Assembly: GCA_024405635.1 (NCBI GenBank)
Contig: JAKSOL010000001.1
Coordinates: forward strand, 80,048 to 144,047
Direction of reading: 5' to 3'
Source of the DNA: Salinivirgaceae bacterium
GTDB lineage: Bacteria > Bacteroidota > Bacteroidia > Bacteroidales > SZUA-534
DNA: 64,000 nt
Both the position numbers and the translations under genes were made by a program. How positions within the stretch are numbered: the first letter of the stretch is position 1; the number at the start of each line of letters is the position of its first letter. The notes under the pieces are model-generated. The model saw only the letters and a program-made list of their open reading frames with translations. It ran no database searches and had not been told where the DNA came from. This document shows positions 27,105 to 37,128 of the stretch, one piece after another.

Positions 27105-28598
27105 TTATGGTTCAATGAATTTAGTTCCAGTGTTGTGGCAAAGTCGCTGAACTGCAAACTTGCCAGCTACCACAGCATTTGGTAAGCCGCCGGGAGGAAT
27201 AATCCATTGCCCTGCCATATATAAGTTGTCAATACCGGCAATGCGGCCGCAATGTGTTTCGCGAGGCGTTTCGCTAGTGGTTATAAAACTCATGTATGCG
27301 CCCTTGTGTGCACCGCAAAAACGGTGGAAACTATATGGAGTTACAATCTCAACAACAGTAAGTTTACCTTTTAGGTTAGGGTAGTGATCTTCAACTTGGG
27401 CAACTATTTCGTTTGCAATGCGTTCTTTTTCAGCACGATAGGTTGATGTGTCGATGTGTAGTTTTTCCCACTCATCAAACTCATTTTTTGTTTGCAAAAT
27501 CATCAGTTGAAGCAGGTTTTTGCCTTCGGGCGAGTACGATGGTTCGTAGTTGTAATTGTTTACCACTATTTTTTCGTATTTGTTGCCAAACACATCAATT
27601 GGTTTGTTGCATTTGAAGATTGACATGTTTGCCATGTTTTTGCAAGAGTCGTCAACTCCAACATAAACATTAAAACTGCTGAACACAGGGTGCTTTTGTG
27701 GCAAACTATAGCGCGATGTGAAGTAGTCGTCCATATAGCTTTTGCCAACAAGTTTGTATGTTACTTCGGTGTCGGTTGCTACAATAATATTCTCACAATC
27801 AATTGTTTCGCCATTTTTAAAACTAACACTTTTGGCTTTGCCGTTATCAATGTTGATTTTTGTTGCCTCGTAACCAGTGTGAATTTTACCTCCAAGGCTA
27901 ACAAAACGTTCTTCCATTCGTTTTGCAATGCCAAGTGAACCTCCGCGAGGAACAGCTCCATTTCCACTGATAAACGTGGAGTACATATAAACAATACCAA
28001 TGGTGTTGAAGTCGTCGGGTAGGTACGATAGAATCATTGTGCGAATAATGTCGCTTTTGAATCGTTTTACGTATTCGGTAAGTGGCACTTTGTTGTATTT
28101 GGCAGCGTGTGGAATAACTGGAAAAATTTTTGCCAACAAGCGCATCTTGTCCATAAATTTTTGTTGCTCAGGAGGTTTTATTGCTGGTACTTCCATGCTA
28201 CAAAACGCCTTAAGCATTTTAATAAAATGGCGAATTTCTTTTTTGTCTTCGGGCGATATGGCAATCATATCGGTTTGCAGTTTTTTCAAATCGTTCCAAA
28301 CGTTTAGTGTTTTGCCGTCTTGTTCAACTTGCATAAACGATTTGTGTTGAATAATTTCAACATCGTCGGTAATTGCGCCCACATCGCGCCATACTTTATG
28401 CACTTCTTTGCTGGGCAAAGTGCCAGTCATCCAGTGCACACAGTTGTCAATATGGTAGCCTTTTCGTGTCCAAGCCGTGCATTGTCCGCCAGTTATGGTG
28501 TGTCGCTCGTAAAGTTCGCATTCAAATCCCGATAGGAGTGCGTATATGCCTGATGCTAAACCAGATATGCCGCCTCCTATTATTGTCACTTTCCCCAT
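27105..28598 (-). CDS. FAD/NAD(P)-dependent oxidoreductase of the phytoene-desaturase (CrtI/CrtD-like) family
   Basis: It has the N-terminal Rossmann motif VTIIGGGISGLASG, is 497 aa long, and ends in a GQW..PGGGLP region. Confidence 0.7.
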   Translation of the reverse strand: MGKVTIIGGGISGLASGIYALLSGFECELYERHTITGGQCTAWTRKGYHIDNCVHWMTGTLPSKEVHKVWRDVGAITDDVEIIQHKSFMQVEQDGKTLNVWNDLKKLQTDMIAISPEDKKEIRHFIKMLKAFCSMEVPAIKPPEQQKFMDKMRLLAKIFPVIPHAAKYNKVPLTEYVKRFKSDIIRTMILSYLPDDFNTIGIVYMYSTFISGNGAVPRGGSLGIAKRMEERFVSLGGKIHTGYEATKINIDNGKAKSVSFKNGETIDCENIIVATDTEVTYKLVGKSYMDDYFTSRYSLPQKHPVFSSFNVYVGVDDSCKNMANMSIFKCNKPIDVFGNKYEKIVVNNYNYEPSYSPEGKNLLQLMILQTKNEFDEWEKLHIDTSTYRAEKERIANEIVAQVEDHYPNLKGKLTVVEIVTPYSFHRFCGAHKGAYMSFITTSETPRETHCGRIAGIDNLYMAGQWIIPPGGLPNAVVAGKFAVQRLCHNTGTKFIEP

Positions 28599-28703
28599 TA
28601 TTGTTGCTGATTTTTAGTGTCGCAAAAAAAGTAAAATGCATTTTTTGCGCCAAGCCAAATTGAGGCTTTTTTAGATAGTTTATAGTTCTTGTTGTTTTGC
28701 TAT

Positions 28704-28738
28704 AAAAAACGAGCAGGCGGGAGTTCCGTCTGCTCGCG
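28704..28738 (-). terminator. Rho-independent terminator downstream of the GH27 gene
   Basis: The stem cgagcaggcgg/ccgtctgctcg contains one G-U pair. On the minus strand it is followed by TTTTTT. Confidence 0.65.
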
Positions 28739-28760
28739 AATATGAAAAGTTATAGCTTGG

Positions 28761-30125
28761 TTATTCTTTAAAACTAACCAATATACTTTCGTGAGGTTTA
28801 AGTTCTTTGGTAAACGAATCGGATATTTCGCCCAAATCTTCGCCAGTCCACATATTAGTAGCAATGGCTGAAAATTCAATATTTAAGTCGGAAAGTTGAA
28901 CACTAATATTTTGGGAAACCGAGTCGCTAATGTTGAACATGGCGACGTACACATCACCGTTTTCAGCATTAGTTGATGTGATGCATACTTGGCCGTTTTG
29001 GTTAAACAACTGACGCACGTTGTTGCCTTGTTTGTGCATTTTAAGCACTTCGGTATTGGTAAGTAGGCTCAATGTAAAATCGTCGTTGCTTGGTAGGTCG
29101 CCACCAAACATTAAAGGCGAGCGGAAAATGGTGAACAGAGTCATCAGTGTGTATTGTTCGTCTTTTGTTAGTCGGGTATTGCGTTCTTCGCCACGTTCGC
29201 CGCGAATCGATATTCTGCCAAGAGGAATCATGTCGCAATCGGGCCAAGTGCCGTTGCCAATGTGCTCGTACCAACCTTGTGCCACGTCAATCAAATGTGG
29301 AATATCGCGCCACACGTCCCACACATCGTCAACCATGCGCCACATGTTGGCATGCTCTTTTACGTGTGCAGCTTCTTCAACTGGAGTTTTTCCGGGCGAA
29401 AGGCTTAGCACAATTGGACGGCCGCAATTGTCAATGGCATTGCGAATTAACTCAATTTCGGCTTTATGATAAGGACGGCTCAAATCGTCAATCTTAATAA
29501 AATCGACACCCCAACTTGCGTATAGTTCAAAAATGGAGTTGTAATATTCTTGTGCTCCGGGTTTTGATGCAACAATGGTGTAATTGTCGCGCAACCAAGG
29601 ACATTGAAGTTCGGTGCTGAATATTTGGTCGGCTGTTATGTTGGTGCCTTTAATTGGCATTTTGTTTTCAACTGCCACTTTTGGCACTCCGCGCATAATG
29701 TGAATACCAAATTTCAAACCTTGCTTATGAACGTAGTCGGCCAAAGTTTTAAATCCATTGCCGTTTGCTGCCGATGGAAAACGGTTTACTGCAGGGTTGT
29801 ACCGGCCAAAACTATCGATAACATATCGTGGGTCGTCTTGGTTGTAGCCTCCAGCTTTGTCGTTTTCAACAAACCAACGAATGTCAACCACAACATATTC
29901 CCAACCGTATTTTTTTAAGTTGGCAGCCATATAATCGGCATTTGACATTACTTCGCTTTCAACAACTGTAGGACCGTAGCAGTCCCAACTATTCCATCCC
30001 ATTGGTGGGGTTTGGGCCCATTGTTTAAATTCTCCTTTGGCAAATCCTGATGTTTGTGGTTGGTTGCTGCAAGCCGCAAGCATCAATGCCGATGCAATAA
30101 ACAGTACAGTTTTTTTCATATTCAT
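28761..30125 (-). CDS. Glycoside hydrolase family 27-like alpha-galactosidase (lipoprotein)
   Basis: It has a lipobox (LMLAACS), TPPMGWNSWDCYG, YVVVDIRWF and FIKIDDL, a TIM-barrel motif pattern typical of GH27. Confidence 0.75.
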   Translation of the reverse strand: MNMKKTVLFIASALMLAACSNQPQTSGFAKGEFKQWAQTPPMGWNSWDCYGPTVVESEVMSNADYMAANLKKYGWEYVVVDIRWFVENDKAGGYNQDDPRYVIDSFGRYNPAVNRFPSAANGNGFKTLADYVHKQGLKFGIHIMRGVPKVAVENKMPIKGTNITADQIFSTELQCPWLRDNYTIVASKPGAQEYYNSIFELYASWGVDFIKIDDLSRPYHKAEIELIRNAIDNCGRPIVLSLSPGKTPVEEAAHVKEHANMWRMVDDVWDVWRDIPHLIDVAQGWYEHIGNGTWPDCDMIPLGRISIRGERGEERNTRLTKDEQYTLMTLFTIFRSPLMFGGDLPSNDDFTLSLLTNTEVLKMHKQGNNVRQLFNQNGQVCITSTNAENGDVYVAMFNISDSVSQNISVQLSDLNIEFSAIATNMWTGEDLGEISDSFTKELKPHESILVSFKE

Positions 30126-30137
30126 AAGTATTTGGTT

Positions 30138-31112
30138 TTATTCAAATTTGTACTCGTCAATATTGCGGAATCCACACAAAAATTCGGCAACATTCATTCG
30201 TTTTTTACCTGCAATTTGCAAACTGCTTATCGAAATGGAGCCGCCGTTTACAAATACGTCAATTTTGTTTTTGTGGTTGGTTTCAATGGTGCCGTTAGTT
30301 TTTCCGTGGTTACATTCGGTAAACTTGGCTTCAAATATTTTAACCGAAACCGATTCTCCATTTTGAGAACGAAGTAACGACCACGCTGCTGGATAAGGAC
30401 TTAATCCGCGAATTTTGTTTATGATGCGTGAGGGCTCATCGTTCCAGTCAATTTGGCAATCTTCTTTAAATATTTTAGGTGCGGGTTTAAGTTCGGTATT
30501 TGGTGCAACCATTTCGCTTTGAGGCGTTTCGGTGTAGTTTTCGCTCATTACAGCATCAAGAGTTTTAAGCAACAATGGACCACTGCGGTACATTAGTTTG
30601 TCGTGCAAGGTACCTGCATTGTCGTCGGGAGTTATTTCAACTCGGTCGCAAAATAGAACGTTGCCTGTATCAATTTCGTGTTTCAGAAAGAAAGTTGTTA
30701 TGCCGCTTTCTTTTTCTCCGTTTATAATTGCCCAGTTGATAGGCGCTGCGCCGCGATAGTTTGGTAGTATTGACGCATGAATGTTTATTGAGCCAAGTTT
30801 TGGCATCGACCAAATGCTTTCAGGTAACATTCTGAATGCTACAATTATCTGAATGTCAGCATTTAGAGCTTTTAATTCTGAATAAAAAGTTTCGTCTTTT
30901 AACTTGTCGGGTTGCAGAATAGGTATGTTTAGGGTTTTGGCATATTGTTTAACAGCACTTTCGCTTAATTTTTGGCCTCTGCCAGCAGGTTTGTCTGGTG
31001 TTGTTACAACTCCAACTACATTAAAATTATTGTCAACCAGAGTTTTAAGTCCCTCAACTGCAAACTCGGGTGTACCCATAAATACTATTCGTAAATTTTC
31101 TTTTGTGTACAT
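30138..31112 (-). CDS. fmt: Methionyl-tRNA formyltransferase
   Basis: IVFMGTPEFAV...VVTTPDKPAGRGQK...NIHASILPNYRGAAPINWAIINGE. The ATG at 31112 is preferred because the longer ORF would run into the upstream terminator hairpin. Confidence 0.92.
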   Translation of the reverse strand: MYTKENLRIVFMGTPEFAVEGLKTLVDNNFNVVGVVTTPDKPAGRGQKLSESAVKQYAKTLNIPILQPDKLKDETFYSELKALNADIQIIVAFRMLPESIWSMPKLGSINIHASILPNYRGAAPINWAIINGEKESGITTFFLKHEIDTGNVLFCDRVEITPDDNAGTLHDKLMYRSGPLLLKTLDAVMSENYTETPQSEMVAPNTELKPAPKIFKEDCQIDWNDEPSRIINKIRGLSPYPAAWSLLRSQNGESVSVKIFEAKFTECNHGKTNGTIETNHKNKIDVFVNGGSISISSLQIAGKKRMNVAEFLCGFRNIDEYKFE

Positions 31113-31130
31113 AAATGTGTATAAATAAAT

Positions 31131-31151
31131 AAGGCTGCGCAAGGCAGCCTT
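31131..31151 (-). terminator. Terminator hairpin downstream of the GH16-like gene
   Basis: aaggctgc-gcaag-gcagcctt, followed on the minus strand by T-rich sequence. Confidence 0.55.
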
Positions 31152-31172
31152 AAATTTTTGAGTTATAGTAAG

Positions 31173-32582
31173 TTAGGCTTTTTCAAAGCATCTAACCCAA
31201 TCAATTTGCATTTTTGATGGTAAGTTATCGGCTTCGTGCATTAAACCTGCCGAAAGCACAATGTAAAGTGGCTCGTTTGGTAGTACGTTGCTTGATGTTA
31301 GAACCTCAACTCCGTTCACTTTCCAAGTTATTTGCTTTTGGTCCCACTCAATGCTATAAATAAAGAAGTCTTTACTCAAAGCTTTGCCACCAAATTTTGT
31401 TCCAACGGTGTTTTTGCCATCGTAAGCCGACATTTGCATTTGACCGTTTTTGCCAACATTGTATTTAAAAATGTCGATTTGTGGGGTGATTTTTTCGCCT
31501 TTCAACCAAAATGCTTGATAAACAGGAGCTTCTGCGTCAATTTTGATTTTGGCCTCAAAGCGACCGCATTTTTGACGGAACACTTGCGCTGTGTTTATCA
31601 TTCCCGATGTGTAATCAAATTCGCGTTGAATAAATCCGGCTTTTTCGTTCCAAACTTTGCCTGTAGCTTTCTCCTTTTTGGTTACTATTTTCAAAACCGA
31701 GTTGTCAATTTCAAAGTTTTTGCCGTCGGTGTGAACTTGTTTTTCGCCGTTGATAACATAACTATCGTTTATGCCCATTTTGCCCCAAAGGAAACTATTC
31801 ATCCATTTGCTATCGTCAACTTTGGCTGCTGTAAAATCGTCTTCAAAGGTTAATTTCCAAGCGTTTAGTTGGTCAAATTTGTTTGAGTCAACAACCGATT
31901 TAAACCATTTAATGTTGGCCGAGTTGAGTAATTCGTTGTATTGTTGCTCTTTTTTGGCCTCATCGGTTTTGCTGTATTTGTCTTTGTCAAGCAAATAGGC
32001 TTTTTCTTGTGCAAACTCGGCAGAGTTTATTTTTGTTTCAAGTTCGGCCAATTCGGTTAACATACTCGACTCTTTCGTGCGCAAGTATTGTTGGTATTTG
32101 CCTTTTTGGCTGAATTTGTGGTAGAATTTAATGTCGGCGTCTTTGCTCAAAATTTTTAGTTCGCCATCAAGGTCAGCCTCTGGTTGAGCTTGTTTTAGAG
32201 CTGCCATATTTTTGCTAAGGTCGTTAAAGCGAGCCAATTTTTCTGAAGTCTCAACTTGTTGCAAGTGTTTAAGTTCTTGCGAGTTAAGCACCTTGAAATA
32301 GTTTACTATGTTTTTGTCTTTCTTTAAAGATTTGTAGCGCAATTCGGCTTTCTCAATGTCGGAGCCTTTGTAGATTTTTGCAGATAAGTCAGCCTTTAGC
32401 TTTTTCAGTTCGGCTGAATTTGCAAATTGACTCAGTTCGTTGAATGCTTTTAGCTCGTCGGAGTTTTTGTACTCGTTAAGTTTTTGATATTCAGCAACTA
32501 AATCATTGTACTGTCCTTCAACTTTTTCGGTTTTTGGAAGTAGGCCCAAGGCCAAGCGTAGTGCGAAACTAAAATTTGCCAT
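31173..32582 (-). CDS. Two-part protein: an N-terminal ~240-aa helical repeat region and a C-terminal GH16/ConA-like jelly-roll lacking the catalytic ExDxxE glutamates
   Basis: The C-terminal region FDYTSGMINT...FEAKIKI...YQAFWLKG....PQIDIFKY...YSIEWD...ITWKVNG...LSAG resembles a GH16 scaffold. No signal peptide is evident. Confidence 0.6.
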   Translation of the reverse strand: MANFSFALRLALGLLPKTEKVEGQYNDLVAEYQKLNEYKNSDELKAFNELSQFANSAELKKLKADLSAKIYKGSDIEKAELRYKSLKKDKNIVNYFKVLNSQELKHLQQVETSEKLARFNDLSKNMAALKQAQPEADLDGELKILSKDADIKFYHKFSQKGKYQQYLRTKESSMLTELAELETKINSAEFAQEKAYLLDKDKYSKTDEAKKEQQYNELLNSANIKWFKSVVDSNKFDQLNAWKLTFEDDFTAAKVDDSKWMNSFLWGKMGINDSYVINGEKQVHTDGKNFEIDNSVLKIVTKKEKATGKVWNEKAGFIQREFDYTSGMINTAQVFRQKCGRFEAKIKIDAEAPVYQAFWLKGEKITPQIDIFKYNVGKNGQMQMSAYDGKNTVGTKFGGKALSKDFFIYSIEWDQKQITWKVNGVEVLTSSNVLPNEPLYIVLSAGLMHEADNLPSKMQIDWVRCFEKA

Positions 32583-32693
32583 CTATTTATTCATTTTACG
32601 AAACGCAAATATAGAAATTTACAATGCTATAGGGCAATTGTGTACAAGTTTTTATTTGCGTAGTTGCACAATTAAATGTTGTCTTTTGGTTGC

Positions 32694-33128
32694 CTATTTT
32701 CTGCTGTATTGCTCTTCAAGTTGGTTAAATTGTCGCAGGCGTTTTACCAATGGCACAAGCATCAGTTTCCATAGGGCAGGTTTGGCGTTAAGTACCGATT
32801 CAAGTTTGTCGGCGCTTAGCTCAAAGCACAGCACATCGGTGAGCGCAGTTGCGCTAGTTGATCGGGTGCCTCCGTCAATCAATGCGTATTCGCCCATAAT
32901 TTGTCCGCGACCAAGTGTTGCAAATACGTGTTCGTTGTGGTGTATGCTCACTTTGCCGTCAATAAGTATGTACATTGAATCGCCTTTGTCGCCTGCCGAA
33001 AAAATTAGCGTGCTGCAAGGTATCTTTTTGAGTGTCAGGTTACTTGCTAAAAATTGAAGGCTATTTGAGTCGAAGTTGTTGAATATGTCAATGCTTCGAA
33101 GTGTGTTTACCATTTTGTCAAATTCCAT
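32694..33128 (-). CDS. Stand-alone cyclic-nucleotide-binding (Crp/Fnr effector-type) domain protein
   Basis: IFSAGDKGDSMYILIDGKVSI...LGRGQIMGEYALIDGGTRSTSATA. There is no DNA-binding HTH. The ATG is at 33128. Confidence 0.75.
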   Translation of the reverse strand: MEFDKMVNTLRSIDIFNNFDSNSLQFLASNLTLKKIPCSTLIFSAGDKGDSMYILIDGKVSIHHNEHVFATLGRGQIMGEYALIDGGTRSTSATALTDVLCFELSADKLESVLNAKPALWKLMLVPLVKRLRQFNQLEEQYSRK

Positions 33129-33309
33129 AGCCAAAGTTGTTGGTTGTAAATGTTTGATTTGTTGCTAAATGTAGTACAAATGCAAAAAAAATGTGCTTGC
33201 ATTGTGCGGTTTTTCAGTAGTGTTTATGCGGTAATAATTGTTGTATGTTACGCTCACACTATTGTTTTTGCACTATTTTAGAGCAAAATTTTTAATTGTT
33301 TGGCGCATT

Positions 33310-35340
33310 ATGAATGTTCCTAAAATTGTTCAAAACGATCCATGGTTAAGTCCATTTAGTTCCATTATCACAAAACGAATGTCGAACTATTGTGAAACTT
33401 ACGATCGATTGCTAAAAAACCAAAGTTCGTTGCTCGATTTTGCTAATGGGCACTTGTTTTATGGCTGTTTTTGTAATGGCGATACAACAACCTTGCGCGA
33501 GCGTTTGCCAAATGCCACCGAGGTTTATTTAATTGGCGATTTTAATAACTGGCAAGCCACCCCCGAGTATAAACTTAAAAATATTGGTGGCGGCAATTGG
33601 GAAATAACATTGCCAGCTAGCGTGTTTGGTCATTTGAGCCTTTATCGACTTAAGGTTTGTTGGAAAGGCGGCAATGGCGAACGCATTCCTGCTTGGGCTA
33701 GGCGAGTGGTTCAGAACGAAAAAACAGCAATTTTTAGCGCACAAGTTTGGGCTCCATTGCAGCCGCATCAGTGGCAAGTAACCGACCAATTGCCAAATGC
33801 CGAACCATTTATTTACGAGGCTCACATTGGCATGGCTGGTGAAAAAATGGGAGTGTCAACTTTTGCTGAATTTCGCCAAAACGTGTTGCCTCGCATACAA
33901 AAATTGGGATATAACGTAGTTCAACTAATGGCCATTCACGAGCATCCATACTACGGCTCGTTTGGTTACCACGTGTCAAGCTTTTTTGCGCCATCGTCGC
34001 GATTTGGTACCCCAGAGGAACTTAAAGCCTTGGTTGACGATTGCCATTCGCGCGGCATACGTGTTGTTATGGATTTGGTTCATTCTCATGCAGTTAAAAA
34101 CATTAACGAGGGCTTGGGCCTATACGACGGAACTCGTTATCAGTTTTTTCACGAGGGCGAGCGTGGCGAGCATCCAGCTTGGGACTCGTTTTGCTTTAAT
34201 TATGCCAACGATAATGTGCTGCATTTCCTTTTGTCAAACATTAAATATTGGTTAACCGAATTCCACTTCGATGGTTTCCGTTTCGATGGTGTAACCAGTA
34301 TGATTTATTACAACCACGGACTAGGCAATAACTATACATCGTACGAGCAATACTTTGATGGCACGCAAGACGATGATGCTATTACGTATCTAAAATTGGC
34401 CAATAAACTTATTAAGGAGGTAAATCCTAATGCCATTTCAATTGCCGAGGAAATGAGTGGATATCCAGGTTTGGCAGCACCAATTGCCGATGGCGGTTTA
34501 GGTTTCGATTTTAGGCTTGCAATGGGTGTGCCCGACATGTGGATTAAAATTCTAAAAGAACAAACCGACGATAGTTGGGACCTTGGTCATATTTATCATG
34601 AACTTACATCGAAACGCGACGACGAGCGTGTGATTTCGTATGCCGAAAGCCACGACCAAGCTCTTGTTGGCGACAAAACCATAGCCTTTTGGCTTATGGA
34701 CAAGGAGATGTACTTCAACATGATGGTTGATTCGCAAAACTTGCAAATTGACCGTGGTATGGCTTTGCACAAAATGATTCGTTTGCTCACAGCATCAACA
34801 GCAGGTGGTGGTTATTTGAACTTTATGGGTAACGAATTTGGCCACCCCGAGTGGATCGATTTTCCTCGCGAGGGCAATAACTGGTCGTACCAATATGCAC
34901 GCAGACAATGGAGCCTTGTCGACCGAAAAGACCTTAAATATCAGTATCTTAACGAGTTTGACTTGGCAATGGTTCATTTGTTGCGACAATATAATGTGCT
35001 TGGCATATTCCCATTTTATGCGCAGCAGGTTAATCAACAAAACAAGGTCATGGCCTTTACTCGTGGCGATTTGTTGTTTGTATTCAACTTTAATTCAACC
35101 GAAAGTTTTACCAACTACGGCGTTCCTGTAATTCCAGGCAAATACAAAATTTTGATGGATACCGATGAACAACGTTTTGGCGGTTTTGGCCGAATTGACC
35201 ACAATATGTTATATATGACCGCTGCTGGAGGCGAAAGCAAAACTGCAAATCTTAACCTTTATTTGCCATCTCGCACAGCAATTATTCTTCAACGCCAAGC
35301 AATTCCAAGTGTTTATCAACGACTAACAAAAAAGAAATGA
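33310..35340 (+). CDS. 1,4-alpha-glucan branching enzyme (GH13, eukaryote-like GH13_8 type)
   Basis: YEAHIGM, VVMDLVHSH, GFRFDGVTSMIY, IAEEMSG, YAESHDQALVGDK and NFMGNEFGHPEW. The ATG at 33310 gives MNVPKIVQNDPWL. Confidence 0.88.
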   Translation: MNVPKIVQNDPWLSPFSSIITKRMSNYCETYDRLLKNQSSLLDFANGHLFYGCFCNGDTTTLRERLPNATEVYLIGDFNNWQATPEYKLKNIGGGNWEITLPASVFGHLSLYRLKVCWKGGNGERIPAWARRVVQNEKTAIFSAQVWAPLQPHQWQVTDQLPNAEPFIYEAHIGMAGEKMGVSTFAEFRQNVLPRIQKLGYNVVQLMAIHEHPYYGSFGYHVSSFFAPSSRFGTPEELKALVDDCHSRGIRVVMDLVHSHAVKNINEGLGLYDGTRYQFFHEGERGEHPAWDSFCFNYANDNVLHFLLSNIKYWLTEFHFDGFRFDGVTSMIYYNHGLGNNYTSYEQYFDGTQDDDAITYLKLANKLIKEVNPNAISIAEEMSGYPGLAAPIADGGLGFDFRLAMGVPDMWIKILKEQTDDSWDLGHIYHELTSKRDDERVISYAESHDQALVGDKTIAFWLMDKEMYFNMMVDSQNLQIDRGMALHKMIRLLTASTAGGGYLNFMGNEFGHPEWIDFPREGNNWSYQYARRQWSLVDRKDLKYQYLNEFDLAMVHLLRQYNVLGIFPFYAQQVNQQNKVMAFTRGDLLFVFNFNSTESFTNYGVPVIPGKYKILMDTDEQRFGGFGRIDHNMLYMTAAGGESKTANLNLYLPSRTAIILQRQAIPSVYQRLTKKK

Positions 35341-37043
35341 GCTTAATATCAATTTACCAAGTATTTACGCGTTTGGCAACCAACCATGTCAACTCGCCAG
35401 TTTATAACGGAACTATTGAGCAAAATGGAGTGGGCAAACTCAACGATTTTACTACCGAGGTATTAAAAGAAATAAAAAAACTAGGAGTAACTCACGTGTG
35501 GTACACTGGTGTTATTGAACATGCACGATGCACTGCTAATGCCGAATGTGGCATTGAAGGAGGCAACCCTCGTGTGATAAAAGGACGTGCAGGTTCGCCT
35601 TATGCTATTACTGACTATTACGACATTGACCCTGACCTTGCCGTGTCGGTGCCAAACCGCATGCAAGAGTTTGCTCGTTTGGTTAAACACACTCACGATG
35701 CAGGTTTAAAGGTGATTATTGATTTTGTTCCAAACCACGTATCGCGTCTTTATAAATCCGATGTTTTTCCTGAGCGCGATTTTGGCAAAGATGACAACCC
35801 AGCATGGGCTTTTTCTATTAAAAACGACTTTTACTATATTGTAAATCAAGACCTTGTGCTGCCTGAAAATTCGGGCGCCGAAGTTGAGGGCAAAGAAAAA
35901 CTTGCATTTTTCGAGTCTCCTGCAAAGGTTACTGGTAACAATCAGTTTTCGGCTTGGCCAACAATCGACGATTGGTACGAAACGGTTAAACTAAATTATG
36001 GCGTTGATTATCAGAATGGTGGAAAATGCTACTTTGTCCCTCAGCCATCGGTTTGGGGCAAAATGCTCGATATTCTGCTTTATTGGGCTAGCAAAGGAGT
36101 TGATGCTTTTCGCTGCGATATGGTTGAAATGACCCCAGTTGAGTTTTGGCAGTTTGCAATAGCCGAGGTTAATAAGCAATATCCAAACATTAAGTTTATA
36201 GCCGAGGTTTATAATCCATCAATGTATGCCGATTATGTTAAACGCGGCGGTTTTCATTATTTGTACGACAAAGTTGGACTTTACGACACTTTGCGTGCAA
36301 TTGTGAGCAGCGATGCTCCTGCCTACAACCTTTCTGGTTGCTGGCAACGTTTGGGTGGATTGGATGCAAACATGGTTCGTTTTCTCGAAAATCACGATGA
36401 GCAGCGTGTTGCATCGCGCTTTTTCTCGCCCGATCCGCAAAAAGCTATTCCCGCAATGTTAGCATCGGCCACAATGAACCAAGGTGCTATTATGACATAC
36501 TTTGGACAAGAAGTGGGCGAACCTGCACTTGGCAAAACAGGCTACAGCGGCGACGATGGCCGCACTACTATTTTTGATTATTACAACGTTCCTGCTTTTC
36601 AAAAGTGGTACAACAACGGCAAACCATCGTATGCAAATTTAACCCCTGACCAGCAACTTTTGCGCGACCAATATGCTGAAATTCTGAATCTTGCCATTTC
36701 AGAACCATGTTTTACCAATGGCGCATTTTACGACATTATGTGGGTTAACAATCCCGAATGTGGTGTTGATAACACTCGCATCTTTGCTTATTTGCGTTAC
36801 ACAGCAACAGAGGCAATGCTAGTGGTGCTAACATTTAATGGCGACAAACAACTTAACTTTAATATACGAATACCCGAGCACGCATGGAATGCTATGGGAG
36901 TTAGCCTTGCTTCGGCAGTAAAATTGAAACCGGTTTTGGGCATTGCTCAACCGTTTGATGCTAGTGTAGGTCAACTTATATACAATGGTTTACCAATGCA
37001 AATGCAGCCATCGAGTGGAGTGGTGTTCCGCGTTGTGTGGTAG
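35337..37043 (+). CDS. GH13 alpha-amylase-family glycosidase
   Basis: VIIDFVPNHV, DAFRCDMVEM, FIAEVY and FLENHDEQR are the four GH13 conserved regions. The ATGA start overlaps the branching-enzyme stop. Confidence 0.85.
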   Translation: MSLISIYQVFTRLATNHVNSPVYNGTIEQNGVGKLNDFTTEVLKEIKKLGVTHVWYTGVIEHARCTANAECGIEGGNPRVIKGRAGSPYAITDYYDIDPDLAVSVPNRMQEFARLVKHTHDAGLKVIIDFVPNHVSRLYKSDVFPERDFGKDDNPAWAFSIKNDFYYIVNQDLVLPENSGAEVEGKEKLAFFESPAKVTGNNQFSAWPTIDDWYETVKLNYGVDYQNGGKCYFVPQPSVWGKMLDILLYWASKGVDAFRCDMVEMTPVEFWQFAIAEVNKQYPNIKFIAEVYNPSMYADYVKRGGFHYLYDKVGLYDTLRAIVSSDAPAYNLSGCWQRLGGLDANMVRFLENHDEQRVASRFFSPDPQKAIPAMLASATMNQGAIMTYFGQEVGEPALGKTGYSGDDGRTTIFDYYNVPAFQKWYNNGKPSYANLTPDQQLLRDQYAEILNLAISEPCFTNGAFYDIMWVNNPECGVDNTRIFAYLRYTATEAMLVVLTFNGDKQLNFNIRIPEHAWNAMGVSLASAVKLKPVLGIAQPFDASVGQLIYNGLPMQMQPSSGVVFRVVW

Positions 37044-37065
37044 GTTTGAGTATTTGCTTTAATAA

Positions 37066-37106
37066 ACAAAAACGGGAATCTTTATTCAAAGGTTCCCGTT
37101 TTTTAT
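37066..37106. terminator. Bidirectional terminator
   Basis: The stem aacgggaa(37071-78)/ttcccgtt(37093-37100) is flanked by an A-run and a T-run. Confidence 0.7.
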
Positions 37107-37128
37107 TTTAAAGCTGTTATGCAATAAA

